Made by a program: the position numbers and the translations under genes | Shown: piece by piece, positions 27,836 through 36,666 of the stretch | Layout: every line of letters begins with the position of its first letter | How positions within the stretch are numbered: position 1 is the first letter of the stretch | The notes under the pieces: generated by a model | What the model was told of the DNA's origin: nothing | Seen by the model: the letters and a program-made list of their open reading frames with translations, nothing else | Databases searched by the model: none | DNA from: Gemmatimonadota bacterium | Lineage (GTDB): Bacteria > Gemmatimonadota > Gemmatimonadetes > Longimicrobiales > Gaopeijiaceae | Reading direction: 5' to 3' | Length of the DNA stretch: 59,847 nt | Assembly (NCBI GenBank): GCA_037387345.1 | Contig: JARRLD010000022.1 | Span: 1-59,847 of the forward strand

Positions 27836-28315
27836 ATGAGCAGCTGGCATCGGATCAGGGCGGCGTGGGGAAGCGCGATCCTGGTCGCAACCGCGCTCCT
27901 GTGGGGAGGGTGTGGAGGCGGGGACGACCCCATAGACGTCGAGCCCGACCCCGCCATTGCGCCCTTCGTGGGCAACTGGACGGCCCTGGCCATGGTGGTG
28001 ACGTCGGTCGCCAACCCCGACGTCTCGCCGGACCTCATCGAGGAGGGAGCCACGTTCTCCCTCAACGTCCAGGCCTCGGGACAGTACACGGCCAACCTCA
28101 TCTTCCTCCAGCAGGTGTCCACCGAGATCGGGTTCATCTCCGTGTCGGGCTCCACGGTCACCCTCAAGCGGGAGTTCCCGTCACCATCCACCTCGACCGC
28201 TACGTACGAGTTCCAGGGGAGCCTGCTCACTCTGGACGGCCCGACGGAGTTCGACTTCAACCTCGACGGGGAGCCCGAGGCGGCGGAGGGCCATATCGAG
28301 CTTCAGCGCAGCTAG
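27836..28315 (+). CDS. small secreted lipoprotein of unknown function, divergent from parA
   Basis: ATG at 27836 preceded by GGGGGAG. MSSWHRIRAAWGSAILVATALLWGGCGGG is a lipobox-like signal, followed by about 130 aa of beta-rich sequence. No family recognised. Confidence 0.55.
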   Translation: MSSWHRIRAAWGSAILVATALLWGGCGGGDDPIDVEPDPAIAPFVGNWTALAMVVTSVANPDVSPDLIEEGATFSLNVQASGQYTANLIFLQQVSTEIGFISVSGSTVTLKREFPSPSTSTATYEFQGSLLTLDGPTEFDFNLDGEPEAAEGHIELQRS

Positions 28316-28364
28316 GAGGCTGATCGGATCCATTCCCTCCGCGGTGCCGCGTTCTCCCCGAACC

Positions 28365-28380
28365 TGTTCCACGTGGAACA
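28365..28380. promoter_or_regulatory. parS: parS centromere site 1
   Basis: tgttccacgtggaaca is a perfect 16-bp palindrome. It differs at one position from the canonical TGTTNCACGTGAAACA consensus. Confidence 0.75.
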
Positions 28381-28402
28381 GTTGCCCACGCCAGGGCCTC
28401 CA

Positions 28403-28418
28403 TGTTTCACGTGGAACA
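28403..28418. promoter_or_regulatory. parS: parS centromere site 2
   Basis: tgtttcacgtggaaca, 38 bp downstream of site 1 (start to start), one mismatch from the canonical parS consensus. Confidence 0.75.
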
Positions 28419-28480
28419 CCTCCCGTTGCGCAGCCGCGTGCGGTCCACGCCCCTCTTCCCTGCTCGGCGCCTTCCGGAGC

Positions 28481-30412
28481 TTAGGCGCTCCCGGAGTCCC
28501 CCGAATCCCGCGATGGGGCTTCCGGCACCGAGGCCTCGATCCCCCCACCAGGTGCTCGCCATCGGCGGGCCTCGAGCACGAGGTTCTGCAGGTCCGCTGG
28601 CGAGACCCCCGGAATCCTGCCGGCCTGGGCCAGCGTCTGCGGCCGGATCCTGGCCAGCTTCTCACGAGCCTCATGGGAGATTGTCGCGAACTCCGCGTAT
28701 GGTAACGTATTATCCAGAAAGAAGTTAGCATATTGACGCAGCTTGTCCGCTCGCACCCGTTCCCGTTCCACGTAGCCCTCGTACTTCAGCTCCACCTCGA
28801 CGGTGGCCAAAGCGTCGTCCGTCGCCATGTCCTGTGCCCCACCCGCCGCCAAGAGCGCGCGCGCGCCGACCCGCGGCCGTCGCAGGAGGTCCACGGCTCG
28901 CGTGGGCTCGCCGACGGACTCCGACCCGGCGGAGTCCAGCAGCTCCTCCACCTCAGCCGGCGCAAGGGTGGTAGTACGAAACCACGCGAGCACTCGATCC
29001 TCTTGCGTGACCCGTCGGTCCAGCTCCTCACGCTGCGGCTCCGTGAGGAAGCCGCGCTCCCTTGCCAGAGGTCCCAGCCGCCTGTGGGCGTTGTCCTGTC
29101 GGAGAAGGAGCCTGAACTCCGCTCGCGACGTAAACAGTCGATAGGGCTCGTCGACGCCGCGGGTCACGAGGTCGTCGATGAGGACCCCGATGTACGCCTG
29201 GTCCCGCTCCAGAATGAAGGACTCCTCGCCCCGGGCGTGGAGCGCCGCGTTCATCCCCGCCACGACCCCCTGCCCTGCGGCCTCCTCGTAGCCCGTGGTC
29301 CCGTTGACCTGACCCGCCAGGAATAGCCCCGGGGCATTCCTCAGCTCCAGAGTGTGCCGAAGCTGATGGGGAGGGAAATAGTCGTATTCGATGGCGTACC
29401 CCGCCTTCGTCATCCTCACGTCTCCCAGACCCGGAAGGGTACGCAGAAACGCCAGCTGCACATCCGCCGGCATGGAGGTGGACAGGCCGTTCACGTACAG
29501 CTCTGTGGTATCGAGTCCCTCGGGCTCGAGGAAGACCTGGTGGCGGGGGGCGTCCGGAAAGCGGACGATCTTGTCCTCGATGGACGGACAGTACCGGGGG
29601 CCGCGGCCCGAGATGGCCCCTCCGTAGAGCGCGCTGCGCTCGAGGTTGTCCCGGATGACTTCCTTCAGTCCCTCGCCGGTCCAGGTGACCCAGCACGGCC
29701 TCTGCTCTGGAATGTCCTCCATCTCGTAGCAGGAGAACCTGAAATCCCTCGCATCCCCGTCCTGGCGCTCCAGCGACGAATAGTCCACGGACCGGCCGTC
29801 GATGCGTGGGGGGGTCCCGGTCTTGAACCGAGCCACTTCCAGGCCCAGCCGCTCTAGCCCTTCGGCCAGCTCCACCGAGGGGGCCTCACCGGCCCTGCCC
29901 GCCCCCACGCCCGCTTCTCCACCCACGTGGATCGTTCCCCGCAGGAACGTGCCGGCCGTCACGACCACCGCTCCGGCCTCCACCACGACGCCTCCCCTTG
30001 TCCGTATGCCCCGTACCCGCCCTGCACCCACCAGGAGTTCCGACACCATATCCTGGTACAGGTCAAGCAGGTCCAGCTCGTCCAGAATCCGCCGGACGCC
30101 CCGGGGGTATCGCGCTCGGTCACACTGGGCCCTCGGTCCCCACACGGCTGGCCCTTTGGAGCGGTTCAACATGCGGAACTGGATCCTCGAAGCATCGGTG
30201 GCCCGCCCCATCACGCCCCCGAGCGCGTCGACTTCACGGGCGACGATCCCCTTGGCGATCCCTCCGATTGCCGGATTACAGCTCATCTGGCCGATGCGCT
30301 CCAGGTCGGGCGTCACGAGGAGCGTGCGCACTCCGCCGCGGGCCGCCGCAGCGGCCGCCTCGGCTCCGGCGTGGCCTCCCCCGACCACCACCACATCGTA
30401 GGCCATCTTCAT
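28481..30412 (-). CDS. mnmG: tRNA uridine-5-carboxymethylaminomethyl(34) synthesis enzyme MnmG (GidA)
   Basis: YDVVVVGGGHAGAEAA...MSCNPAIGG...GPRYCPSIEDK...AGQVNGTTGYEEAA; full-length MnmG. Confidence 0.95.
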   Translation of the reverse strand: MKMAYDVVVVGGGHAGAEAAAAAARGGVRTLLVTPDLERIGQMSCNPAIGGIAKGIVAREVDALGGVMGRATDASRIQFRMLNRSKGPAVWGPRAQCDRARYPRGVRRILDELDLLDLYQDMVSELLVGAGRVRGIRTRGGVVVEAGAVVVTAGTFLRGTIHVGGEAGVGAGRAGEAPSVELAEGLERLGLEVARFKTGTPPRIDGRSVDYSSLERQDGDARDFRFSCYEMEDIPEQRPCWVTWTGEGLKEVIRDNLERSALYGGAISGRGPRYCPSIEDKIVRFPDAPRHQVFLEPEGLDTTELYVNGLSTSMPADVQLAFLRTLPGLGDVRMTKAGYAIEYDYFPPHQLRHTLELRNAPGLFLAGQVNGTTGYEEAAGQGVVAGMNAALHARGEESFILERDQAYIGVLIDDLVTRGVDEPYRLFTSRAEFRLLLRQDNAHRRLGPLARERGFLTEPQREELDRRVTQEDRVLAWFRTTTLAPAEVEELLDSAGSESVGEPTRAVDLLRRPRVGARALLAAGGAQDMATDDALATVEVELKYEGYVERERVRADKLRQYANFFLDNTLPYAEFATISHEAREKLARIRPQTLAQAGRIPGVSPADLQNLVLEARRWRAPGGGIEASVPEAPSRDSGDSGSA

Positions 30413-30457
30413 GAGCGTCGTATTCCCAGGAGGTGTCAGCAGGTTATCCCGCTCTGG

Positions 30458-30766
30458 TTACTCGCGAGCCCCCCACGTTTCCATGAGGAAACGGTCCGCG
30501 GGTGTGCGGGGATCCGGATCCAGCCGGAGCACCTCGTGGACCCGGGCGGCTGGTGGGCCTTCCTTCAGGGCTCGCTCGAAGGCATCCAGGCTTTGGGCGG
30601 GCCCCCGAGCATGCACCTCCACCGATCCGTCCGGGAGGTTTCGCACGTGCCCCCCCAGCCCCAGGGCCCGCCCGGTGCGCTGGGTCCACCACCGGAACCC
30701 TACGCCCTGGACACGGCCGGAGACCCGGTACCCTCGGATCAGGTGATCGTTCGAGTCCCTGCTCAT
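30458..30766 (-). CDS. acyP: acylphosphatase
   Basis: ATG at 30766. VSGRVQGVGFRWWTQRTGRALGLGGHVRNLPDGSVEVHARG carries the acylphosphatase signature V.G.VQGVGFR. Confidence 0.85.
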   Translation of the reverse strand: MSRDSNDHLIRGYRVSGRVQGVGFRWWTQRTGRALGLGGHVRNLPDGSVEVHARGPAQSLDAFERALKEGPPAARVHEVLRLDPDPRTPADRFLMETWGARE

Positions 30767-30767
30767 C

Positions 30768-32147
30768 TCACTTGCCGAAACAAAACTCCCCGAACACGAC
30801 GTCCAGGATCTCATCCACGGTGACCACACCCAGGAGGTCCTCCATGGCAGATTCTGCGGTCCGGAGGTGTGTCGCGGCCAACTCGGGAGGAACGTCGTCC
30901 GAAAGCGCCACGGCAAACGCCTCCACGGCCTCGCTGGCATCCCGAAGCGCCCGCGCCTGCCGTCGGCGGGTCAGGACAGGCACCGATCCGTCCCCTTCCG
31001 CCAGTCCACGGAACACCAGCTCGGGGAGCAGGGCCCGGAGGCGCTCCAGCCCCTCACCCGTCACCACCGAGGTGTCCACCTCCCCCATCCACGCCTCTTC
31101 CCTGTCCGATGCGGCATGCCCAGACCCCCCGACGGTGTCGACCTTCGTGGTCACCTTCACCACGGGAACTTCTCCCACGTCGTTCATGAACGCTCCCTCG
31201 GCCGCACCCGGAATCCGACCGGCCTCCACACAGAGCAGGACGAGGTCGGCCTCCTTCAGATAGCTGCGCGCGACCTCCACACCGAGCTTCTCCACGCGGT
31301 CCCGGGCTTCTCTCAGGCCTGCCGTGTCCACCAGACGGAACGGGTATCCCCCGAGCTCCACCACCGCCTCCAGGGCATCGCGCGTGGTCCCCGGCTCCTC
31401 CGTGACGATTGCCCGCTCCCTGCCGAGGAGCGCGTTGAAGAGCGACGACTTCCCTGCGTTGGGAAGCCCCGCGAGAACCGTCACGGCTCCTTCACGGAGA
31501 AGCTCACCTTCGGGGGCGGTGGCAAGTATCCTCCTCATCGCCTCCAGGACCGAGGCCGCTTCCACTCCGATCCGCTCCAGGGACACGGGAGCGTCGTCTT
31601 CCTCCGGGAAGTCGATATGGTGCGTCAGGAGCGCCTCGAGGTGCACGACTCGGCTGCGCAGCTCGCCCACGCGCGCCGACAATCCCCTCTCCAGCTGCTG
31701 GAAGGCAGCCCGGTGGAAGGCCCGGCTCCGAGCCTCCACCAGATCGTTCACCGCCTCCGCCTGCACCAGGTCCACCTTCCCTCGCAGATACGCCCGACGT
31801 GTGAACTCACCGGGCTCGGCGGCCCGGGCGCCTGCCGCGAGGCATGCGTCGAGGATCAGCTCCGGCACCAGCCAGCCCCCGTGGCAGGAGATCTCCACCA
31901 TGTCCTCTCCGGTGAAGCTCGCTGGAGCGTCGTACCGGACCACAACCGCGCGATCCAGAGGATCCCGCGTTGCGGGATCCCGCAACGCCACGAGGGAGCT
32001 CCTGCGTGCCTCCGGGAAACGCCAGGCCTCCGGCGCCAGGGCCCTGAGCACGTCGTGGGCTTCCGGTCCCGAAAGTCGCACCACCGCCAGCGCCCCACGG
32101 CCACGCGCCGTGGCCACCGCGGCTATGGTATCAACCTCTAGGGTCAT
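30768..32147 (-). CDS. mnmE: tRNA modification GTPase MnmE (TrmE)
   Basis: ATG at 32147: MTLEVDTIAAVATARGRGALAVVRLSG..., G domain GLPNAGKSSLFNALLGRERAIVT...DTAGLR, and C-terminal FCFGK (the C-x-G-K motif). Confidence 0.93.
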   Translation of the reverse strand: MTLEVDTIAAVATARGRGALAVVRLSGPEAHDVLRALAPEAWRFPEARRSSLVALRDPATRDPLDRAVVVRYDAPASFTGEDMVEISCHGGWLVPELILDACLAAGARAAEPGEFTRRAYLRGKVDLVQAEAVNDLVEARSRAFHRAAFQQLERGLSARVGELRSRVVHLEALLTHHIDFPEEDDAPVSLERIGVEAASVLEAMRRILATAPEGELLREGAVTVLAGLPNAGKSSLFNALLGRERAIVTEEPGTTRDALEAVVELGGYPFRLVDTAGLREARDRVEKLGVEVARSYLKEADLVLLCVEAGRIPGAAEGAFMNDVGEVPVVKVTTKVDTVGGSGHAASDREEAWMGEVDTSVVTGEGLERLRALLPELVFRGLAEGDGSVPVLTRRRQARALRDASEAVEAFAVALSDDVPPELAATHLRTAESAMEDLLGVVTVDEILDVVFGEFCFGK

Positions 32148-32166
32148 GCGAGGAGTCCCGCTTCCG

Positions 32167-33867
32167 TCAACCCTTCTTGGACGCGACCGGCGGACCCTTT
32201 GCCCGCACCTTCTTCCGCTCGTTGGCGATCCAGACCTGCTGCGGGATCGTGGCGATGTTGGCAACGGCGTAGTAGAGGTTCAGCCCGCTGGCCAACCGGA
32301 AGAAGATGAACACCATCATCACGGGCATGATGTACATCATCATCTTCATCTGCGGGTTCGGTTGGTCCAGCGACCGCATGCTCACCCATTGCATCAGGAA
32401 CATGGAGATGCCGAGGAAGACCGGGAGCACAAAGAGGGGATCCGGGGCCGAGAGGTCAGGCAGCCACAGGAACGGCACCCCCCTCAGCTCGATGGTGTTC
32501 TGGAAGACGAAGAACAGGGCGATCAGCACCGGCCAGGGCAGGAGCATGGGCAGACACCCCGCGAGGGGATTGAAGCCGTGTTCCTTGTGAAGCTTCATCA
32601 TCTCCTTCTGTAGCTTCTCGGGGTTCTCCTTGTACTTGGTCTGGATCTCCTGGAGCAGAGGCTGCACCGCCATGTTCTTCAGCTGGGCGCGCATCGCCTT
32701 CTGGTTCAAAGGCCAGAGCACCACCCTCATCAGCACCCCGAACAGCACCAGCACCCAGCCGTAGCCGAGATTCAACCGATCGTGGAGGAACGACAGGACG
32801 GCGATGATCACGCCCACGATCGGCCGGACGATGGGGCGGAAGAACCGCCAACCATAGGGGTTGACCTCCTCCAGATCCTCGCCCAGAGAAGACAGGCGCG
32901 CGTAGTCCTGTGGCCCCACGAACAGGCGGTACCCGAAGCTCCCGTCCGTGGCCACGGTCTGCGCGGCAGCGACGCGGACCCGCCCTGGCAGCGGGCTCTC
33001 CGACACGATGAGACCGCCGAGATAGTTGGCCTCCCCCAGGCTCTCCTCGCTCTCGCCGGCCAACAGCGCCAGCACGAAGAACTTGCTGCGGAATGCCGCC
33101 CACAGGAGTGGACCCTCGCGGACCCCCGGCTGTGCCTTGCTCAGCGGCCAGGAGCGGATCCCATCCTGGACGTGGTTACCCACGTAGGCCATGGACCGGG
33201 CTTCTCCCGCCGAGTCGGCCTCCGCGAACGCCAGGCCGGAGCCGAGGTTCGTCACCAGAAGGGGGCGGTCGAGACCGCCTACCCGCCCGGTCACCTTCGC
33301 CTGGTAGAGATCCGGCTGGAACTCGTAGGTCAGCTCGACCCGGAAGGACGTCGTGGGATGCTGATAGACGAAGCGAAGCTCCTGGGCCTCGCCTCCCTCG
33401 GTGAGACGGACTCCATCGGCGGGCGCTACCTCGAAGGGGAGACCCTCCAGATCGACGGTATCCTGACCGATGACGAGCTTCTGGCCCAGGTACCCCACCG
33501 CACCGTCCGGAATCAGATCGACGACACCGCCCTGGTTCAGCGCCTGGAACCGGAGCATCTGCGCCGAGACGAGTCGCGCCCCGAGGTTCGTGAACTCGTA
33601 GCGGTACAGCGGTCCCTCCGCCGCGACCCGCCGTTCCGGCACTTCGGGCACGGCCGCCGCCTCCGCCTCCGCTTCCCGCGTTTGAACGCCCGGAGGGAGC
33701 AGGGGCTCATCGGTCCGCCCCTCCTCCTCCACCGGGGCGGCGACCGCGCCACTGTCCGGGAGCAGCAGCTCATCCGGCGGCGGAGTGGGCGGAAACAGGA
33801 TGTTCGTGCCCACGAGAACAACCAGCATCAGGCCGATGGCCAGAACGAAACGCGCTTCGGTCTTCAT
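32167..33867 (-). CDS. yidC: membrane protein insertase YidC
   Basis: An N-terminal TM, a large periplasmic domain, then the conserved core ...[83 protein letters not shown]... Confidence 0.93.
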   Translation of the reverse strand: MKTEARFVLAIGLMLVVLVGTNILFPPTPPPDELLLPDSGAVAAPVEEEGRTDEPLLPPGVQTREAEAEAAAVPEVPERRVAAEGPLYRYEFTNLGARLVSAQMLRFQALNQGGVVDLIPDGAVGYLGQKLVIGQDTVDLEGLPFEVAPADGVRLTEGGEAQELRFVYQHPTTSFRVELTYEFQPDLYQAKVTGRVGGLDRPLLVTNLGSGLAFAEADSAGEARSMAYVGNHVQDGIRSWPLSKAQPGVREGPLLWAAFRSKFFVLALLAGESEESLGEANYLGGLIVSESPLPGRVRVAAAQTVATDGSFGYRLFVGPQDYARLSSLGEDLEEVNPYGWRFFRPIVRPIVGVIIAVLSFLHDRLNLGYGWVLVLFGVLMRVVLWPLNQKAMRAQLKNMAVQPLLQEIQTKYKENPEKLQKEMMKLHKEHGFNPLAGCLPMLLPWPVLIALFFVFQNTIELRGVPFLWLPDLSAPDPLFVLPVFLGISMFLMQWVSMRSLDQPNPQMKMMMYIMPVMMVFIFFRLASGLNLYYAVANIATIPQQVWIANERKKVRAKGPPVASKKG

Positions 33868-34172
33868 GAATCCCTCGACGCGAGGTGGGCGGTTACCCTA
33901 CCCGCGGAAGTCTCGATCCCCTGGTCCCCGCCGGAAGCCGCGCCCTTCGATTCCCGCGGGATCGGCACCGGATCGAATCCGTACCCGCCCCAGGGGTGGC
34001 AGCGGAGGATCCGCCTCGTCGCAAGCCATCCGCCCTTCCACGCGCCGTGGCGCTCGATGGCTTGGAGGGCATACCTGGAGCACGTGGGCGTATACCGGCA
34101 GGACGGCGGTGTCCATGGGGAGATCGCCAGCTGATAGAAGCGAATCAGGCCGATCAGGATACGTCGGGGCAA
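33864..34172 (-). CDS. yidD: membrane protein insertion efficiency factor YidD
   Basis: [68 protein letters not shown] start. Overlaps the rnpA end by 19 nt and the yidC start by 4 nt. Confidence 0.85.
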   Translation of the reverse strand: MPRRILIGLIRFYQLAISPWTPPSCRYTPTCSRYALQAIERHGAWKGGWLATRRILRCHPWGGYGFDPVPIPRESKGAASGGDQGIETSAGRVTAHLASRDS

Positions 34173-34504
34173 AGCTCCTCCGTGGCGTTCCTGAGCGCGT
34201 CGCTCAGGTCCTCGAAGCCGGCCTCGTACGCCTCCCTTCGTGCTCGGACCAGGAGATCGACCGACGCCCCACGCTCGTGCAGGGCCGGCAGCACGTGCCT
34301 TCGCGCGACTTCCCGGAGCCTGCGCTTGAGGAGATTCCGCTCCACGATCCTCCGTCCATGCTTGGGCACGATCAGTCCCAGCCGGGAAAAGCCCGCGGGG
34401 GAAGGTGCGAAGAAGACCTCCACGAGGATCGTCCTCTTCCGCTTCCCCCGCTCCAGGAGCGCTCGGATGTCCTTCCTGCTCCGGATGCGAAAGAGCCGGG
34501 GCAA
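34154..34504 (-). CDS. rnpA: ribonuclease P protein component
   Basis: (L/M)[67 protein letters not shown] is the RnpA pattern, located just downstream of rpmH. There is no in-frame ATG; TTG at 34504 is proposed. The track ORF extension to 34879 runs through rpmH and is rejected. Confidence 0.72.
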   Translation of the reverse strand: MPRLFRIRSRKDIRALLERGKRKRTILVEVFFAPSPAGFSRLGLIVPKHGRRIVERNLLKRRLREVARRHVLPALHERGASVDLLVRARREAYEAGFEDLSDALRNATEELCPDVS

Positions 34505-34533
34505 CCCTTCGCGGCGCTCCGGGTGACGCGGGT

Positions 34534-34683
34534 CTACTTGCCGCCCACCTTCACTACGAGCCGCGCGCGACCTTTCTTCCGTCGACGCGACAGCGTGGCG
34601 CGGCCGCCCCGCGTCTTCATCCTGGCGCGGAACCCGTGCTTGTTGACCCGCTTGCGGTTGCGGGGCCTGTACGTCGGCTTCAT
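34534..34683 (-). CDS. rpmH: 50S ribosomal protein L34
   Basis: Below the ORF-track size cut-off. Hand translation of the minus strand gives [49 protein letters not shown] (49 aa), the L34 consensus, in the canonical position between dnaA and rnpA. Confidence 0.95.
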   Translation of the reverse strand: MKPTYRPRNRKRVNKHGFRARMKTRGGRATLSRRRKKGRARLVVKVGGK

Positions 34684-34732
34684 CTGGGCAAGCCCGATCC
34701 ATGGGAGTCATTCGCTTCGAAACGAGCTTGAA

Positions 34733-34762
34733 AAGATAGTCCGTTCGCGGGGAAAGCGTCAA
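34733..34762 (-). promoter_or_regulatory. putative sigma-70-type promoter of rpmH-rnpA-yidD-yidC
   Basis: On the minus strand: TTGACG (34762-34757), 18-nt spacer, TATCTT (34738-34733), about 50 nt upstream of the rpmH ATG. Confidence 0.35.
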
Positions 34763-34780
34763 CGCCCCTCCGTTCCACCA

Positions 34781-34849
34781 TGTGGAAAAACCGCCAAATG
34801 CCTGGGTGTGCCAGCCTCGATTGACTTTTCCACACCCCCTTCCTAGCTT
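34781..34849 (+). promoter_or_regulatory. DnaA boxes plus putative dnaA promoter
   Basis: tgtggaaaa (34781-34789) and ttttccaca (34826-34834) each match the TTATCCACA/TGTGGATAA box at 8 of 9 positions and lie in opposite orientation. TTGACT (34821-34826), 17 nt, TAGCTT (34844-34849) overlaps the second box, which is consistent with autoregulation. Confidence 0.45.
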
Positions 34850-34988
34850 CGGCGCCCCCACCTCTACCGGTGGGTACATTCACGTCCCCTCCGCCCTTGC
34901 TCGCCGTCAGGATGCCGGTTCAGAACGAGCCCCGTTCCGTCCATCCCTCCCGCCCTCCGCTGGCCCCTTCGACGCCTCCCGGGGACCC

Positions 34989-36383
34989 GTGGAACTGACT
35001 GCGCACGAGCTGTGGACGAAGATCTGCGAAGCGGCGCGCCCGTCCGTCCCCGAGCAGGGCTACCGCACGTGGCTCTCCGGAATCCAGGCCGTGGGTCTCT
35101 CCGACAAGGAGCTGCTCCTGGAGGCACCGAGCCCCTTCCACGTGGAGTGGGTCGAGGACAAGTTCGGAACCCTCCTCGCGGCAACGGCCGAGCGGATTCT
35201 GGGGCGGCCACTCTCCCTGTCCCTGTCGTGCTCCTCGACGCCAATCTCCCTCCAGGTACCGATGCTGGATCTGGGTCCCGCGCAGGGGGGCGTCACCCTC
35301 CCGTCGGTTGCACCACCCCTCTCCGAGGCCGTGACGCAGGCCCGCCTCAACGAGCGATATACCTTCGAACGGTTCGTCGTAGGCACCAACAACCAGCTCG
35401 CCGTGGCCGCGTCCCGGGCTGTCGCCGAGAAGCCCGCCAGGATGTACAACCCGCTCTTTCTCTATGGCGGCGTCGGGCTCGGCAAGACCCACCTGATGCA
35501 CGCGATCGGGCACCACCTCCTCCAGGTGGATCCCCGCCGGCACGTGGCCTACGCGTCTTCGGAGCAATTCACCAACGAGCTGGTGGGGTCGATCCAGGCG
35601 GGAACCATGTCCGCCTTCCGGCACCGGTATCGCGAGATGGACCTCCTCCTGGTGGACGACATCCACTTCCTGGAGGGAAAGGAACGCACGCAGGAGGAGT
35701 TCTTCCATACCTTCAACGCGCTGTACGACGCCCAACGACAGATCATCCTCACCAGCGATCGGCCCCCGAAGGATCTCCCTGGGCTGGAGGCTCGCCTGGT
35801 GTCGAGATTCGAGTGGGGTCTGGTGGTGGACATCAGGGCACCCGACTACGAGACGCGCATGGCCATCCTCCGGAAGAAGGCCGAGGACGACGGTCTCCTT
35901 CTGGACGACGAAGTCATCGAGTTCATCGCCCACTCCTGTACCTCCTCGGTGCGGGAGCTGGAGGGGGCGGTCATCAAGCTTCTGGCGTATTCCTCCCTGA
36001 CTCATCAGGAGATCACGCTGCATCTGGCACGGACGGCCCTCTCCGGAGTCCTCGGCAGATCCACGCCTCAAGACCGACCCATCTGGTCTCCCGAGCGCAT
36101 TCAGGCCATGGTCGCGAGCCGGTGGCGCGTGAAACCCGAAGCCCTGGCGTCCAAGCGACGCACCAGGGACGTCACGGTGCCTCGTCAGGTGGCCATGTAT
36201 CTCATCAAGGAGACTCTCGGGACGTCCCTGGTTCGGATCGGAGAGATCTTCGGGGGCCGAGATCATTCGACCGTGATCCACTCCATCAAGAAGGTGGAGC
36301 AGCAAATGGCCGTCGATCCCGAGTTCCGCAGACGCGTGGCGGACGCCCGCGAAGAGGTGCGTGGCCCCAGGGCTGGGGAGTGA
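34989..36383 (+). CDS. dnaA: chromosomal replication initiator protein DnaA
   Basis: Domain I (ELWTKICEAARPSVPEQGYRTWL), AAA+ domain (NPLFLYGGVGLGKTHLMHAIG...LLVDDIHFL...ILTSDRPP) and domain IV (VPRQVAMYLIKETLGTSLVRIGEIFGGRDHSTVIHSIKKV). I prefer GTG 34989. The track ATG 34782 would put the DnaA boxes and promoter inside the CDS. Confidence 0.9.
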   Translation: MELTAHELWTKICEAARPSVPEQGYRTWLSGIQAVGLSDKELLLEAPSPFHVEWVEDKFGTLLAATAERILGRPLSLSLSCSSTPISLQVPMLDLGPAQGGVTLPSVAPPLSEAVTQARLNERYTFERFVVGTNNQLAVAASRAVAEKPARMYNPLFLYGGVGLGKTHLMHAIGHHLLQVDPRRHVAYASSEQFTNELVGSIQAGTMSAFRHRYREMDLLLVDDIHFLEGKERTQEEFFHTFNALYDAQRQIILTSDRPPKDLPGLEARLVSRFEWGLVVDIRAPDYETRMAILRKKAEDDGLLLDDEVIEFIAHSCTSSVRELEGAVIKLLAYSSLTHQEITLHLARTALSGVLGRSTPQDRPIWSPERIQAMVASRWRVKPEALASKRRTRDVTVPRQVAMYLIKETLGTSLVRIGEIFGGRDHSTVIHSIKKVEQQMAVDPEFRRRVADAREEVRGPRAGE

Positions 36384-36666
36384 GTGTGGAAAGGTCCGGG
36401 AGAAGTCTGCTCGTTGTCCACCGGAGTCGCGCAGGACACGCGTCCCCGTGGAACACCGCTACCGCTTTCAACGGAGCTTCCAGAGCGGTCCGCAAGCCGA
36501 AAGAACCGTGTCGGGTCGCGGTTCTCAGGCCCTCGCCGACCCGGTTCTCCACACTTCCACACGCTCTACTACTACTATGTTCTTCTTTCTGTTAGAGAGA
36601 TAGGTTCATTCACCCGTTGAAAAAGACTCCCGTCAGGAAGCAACCGTATCAGGAGCAGGCAGGTCC
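36384..36666. other. oriC: candidate oriC core: DnaA boxes, trinucleotide (DnaA-trio-like) tract and AT-rich unwinding element
   Basis: Boxes are tgtggaaag (36385-36393, 7/9), ttgtccacc (36414-36422, 7/9), ttctccaca (36545-36553, 8/9) and acttccaca (36553-36561, 6/9). They are followed by tactactactat (36567-36578) and the most AT-rich stretch of the window, tgttcttctttctgttagagagataggttcattcac (to about 36613). Confidence 0.6.

Noticed and set aside
27664-28260. N-terminal 199-codon extension of the ParA ORF
   Set aside because: ParA begins with the canonical MSRVIAIANQKGGVGKTT at ATG 27663. The extension is antisense to the plus-strand lipoprotein gene and has no protein-like features. I also checked it as a possible rsmG and it has no methyltransferase motifs.
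34782-34988. ATG 34782 as the dnaA start (533-aa model)
   Set aside because: The extension would contain both strong DnaA boxes and the putative promoter, and it encodes Pro/Ser-rich sequence unlike DnaA domain I. GTG 34989 gives the usual N-terminus (ELW..I...).
35134-35149. parS-like ccttccacgtggagtg inside dnaA
   Set aside because: It matches the local parS sequence at only 12 of 16 positions, with both outer arms degenerate. It is most simply explained by the coding sequence (PFHVEW).
34920-36305. 461-aa minus-strand ORF, and a 527-aa plus-strand alternative frame, over dnaA
   Set aside because: DnaA motifs are all in the frame of 34989-36383. The other frames give Arg/Gly/Pro-rich junk.
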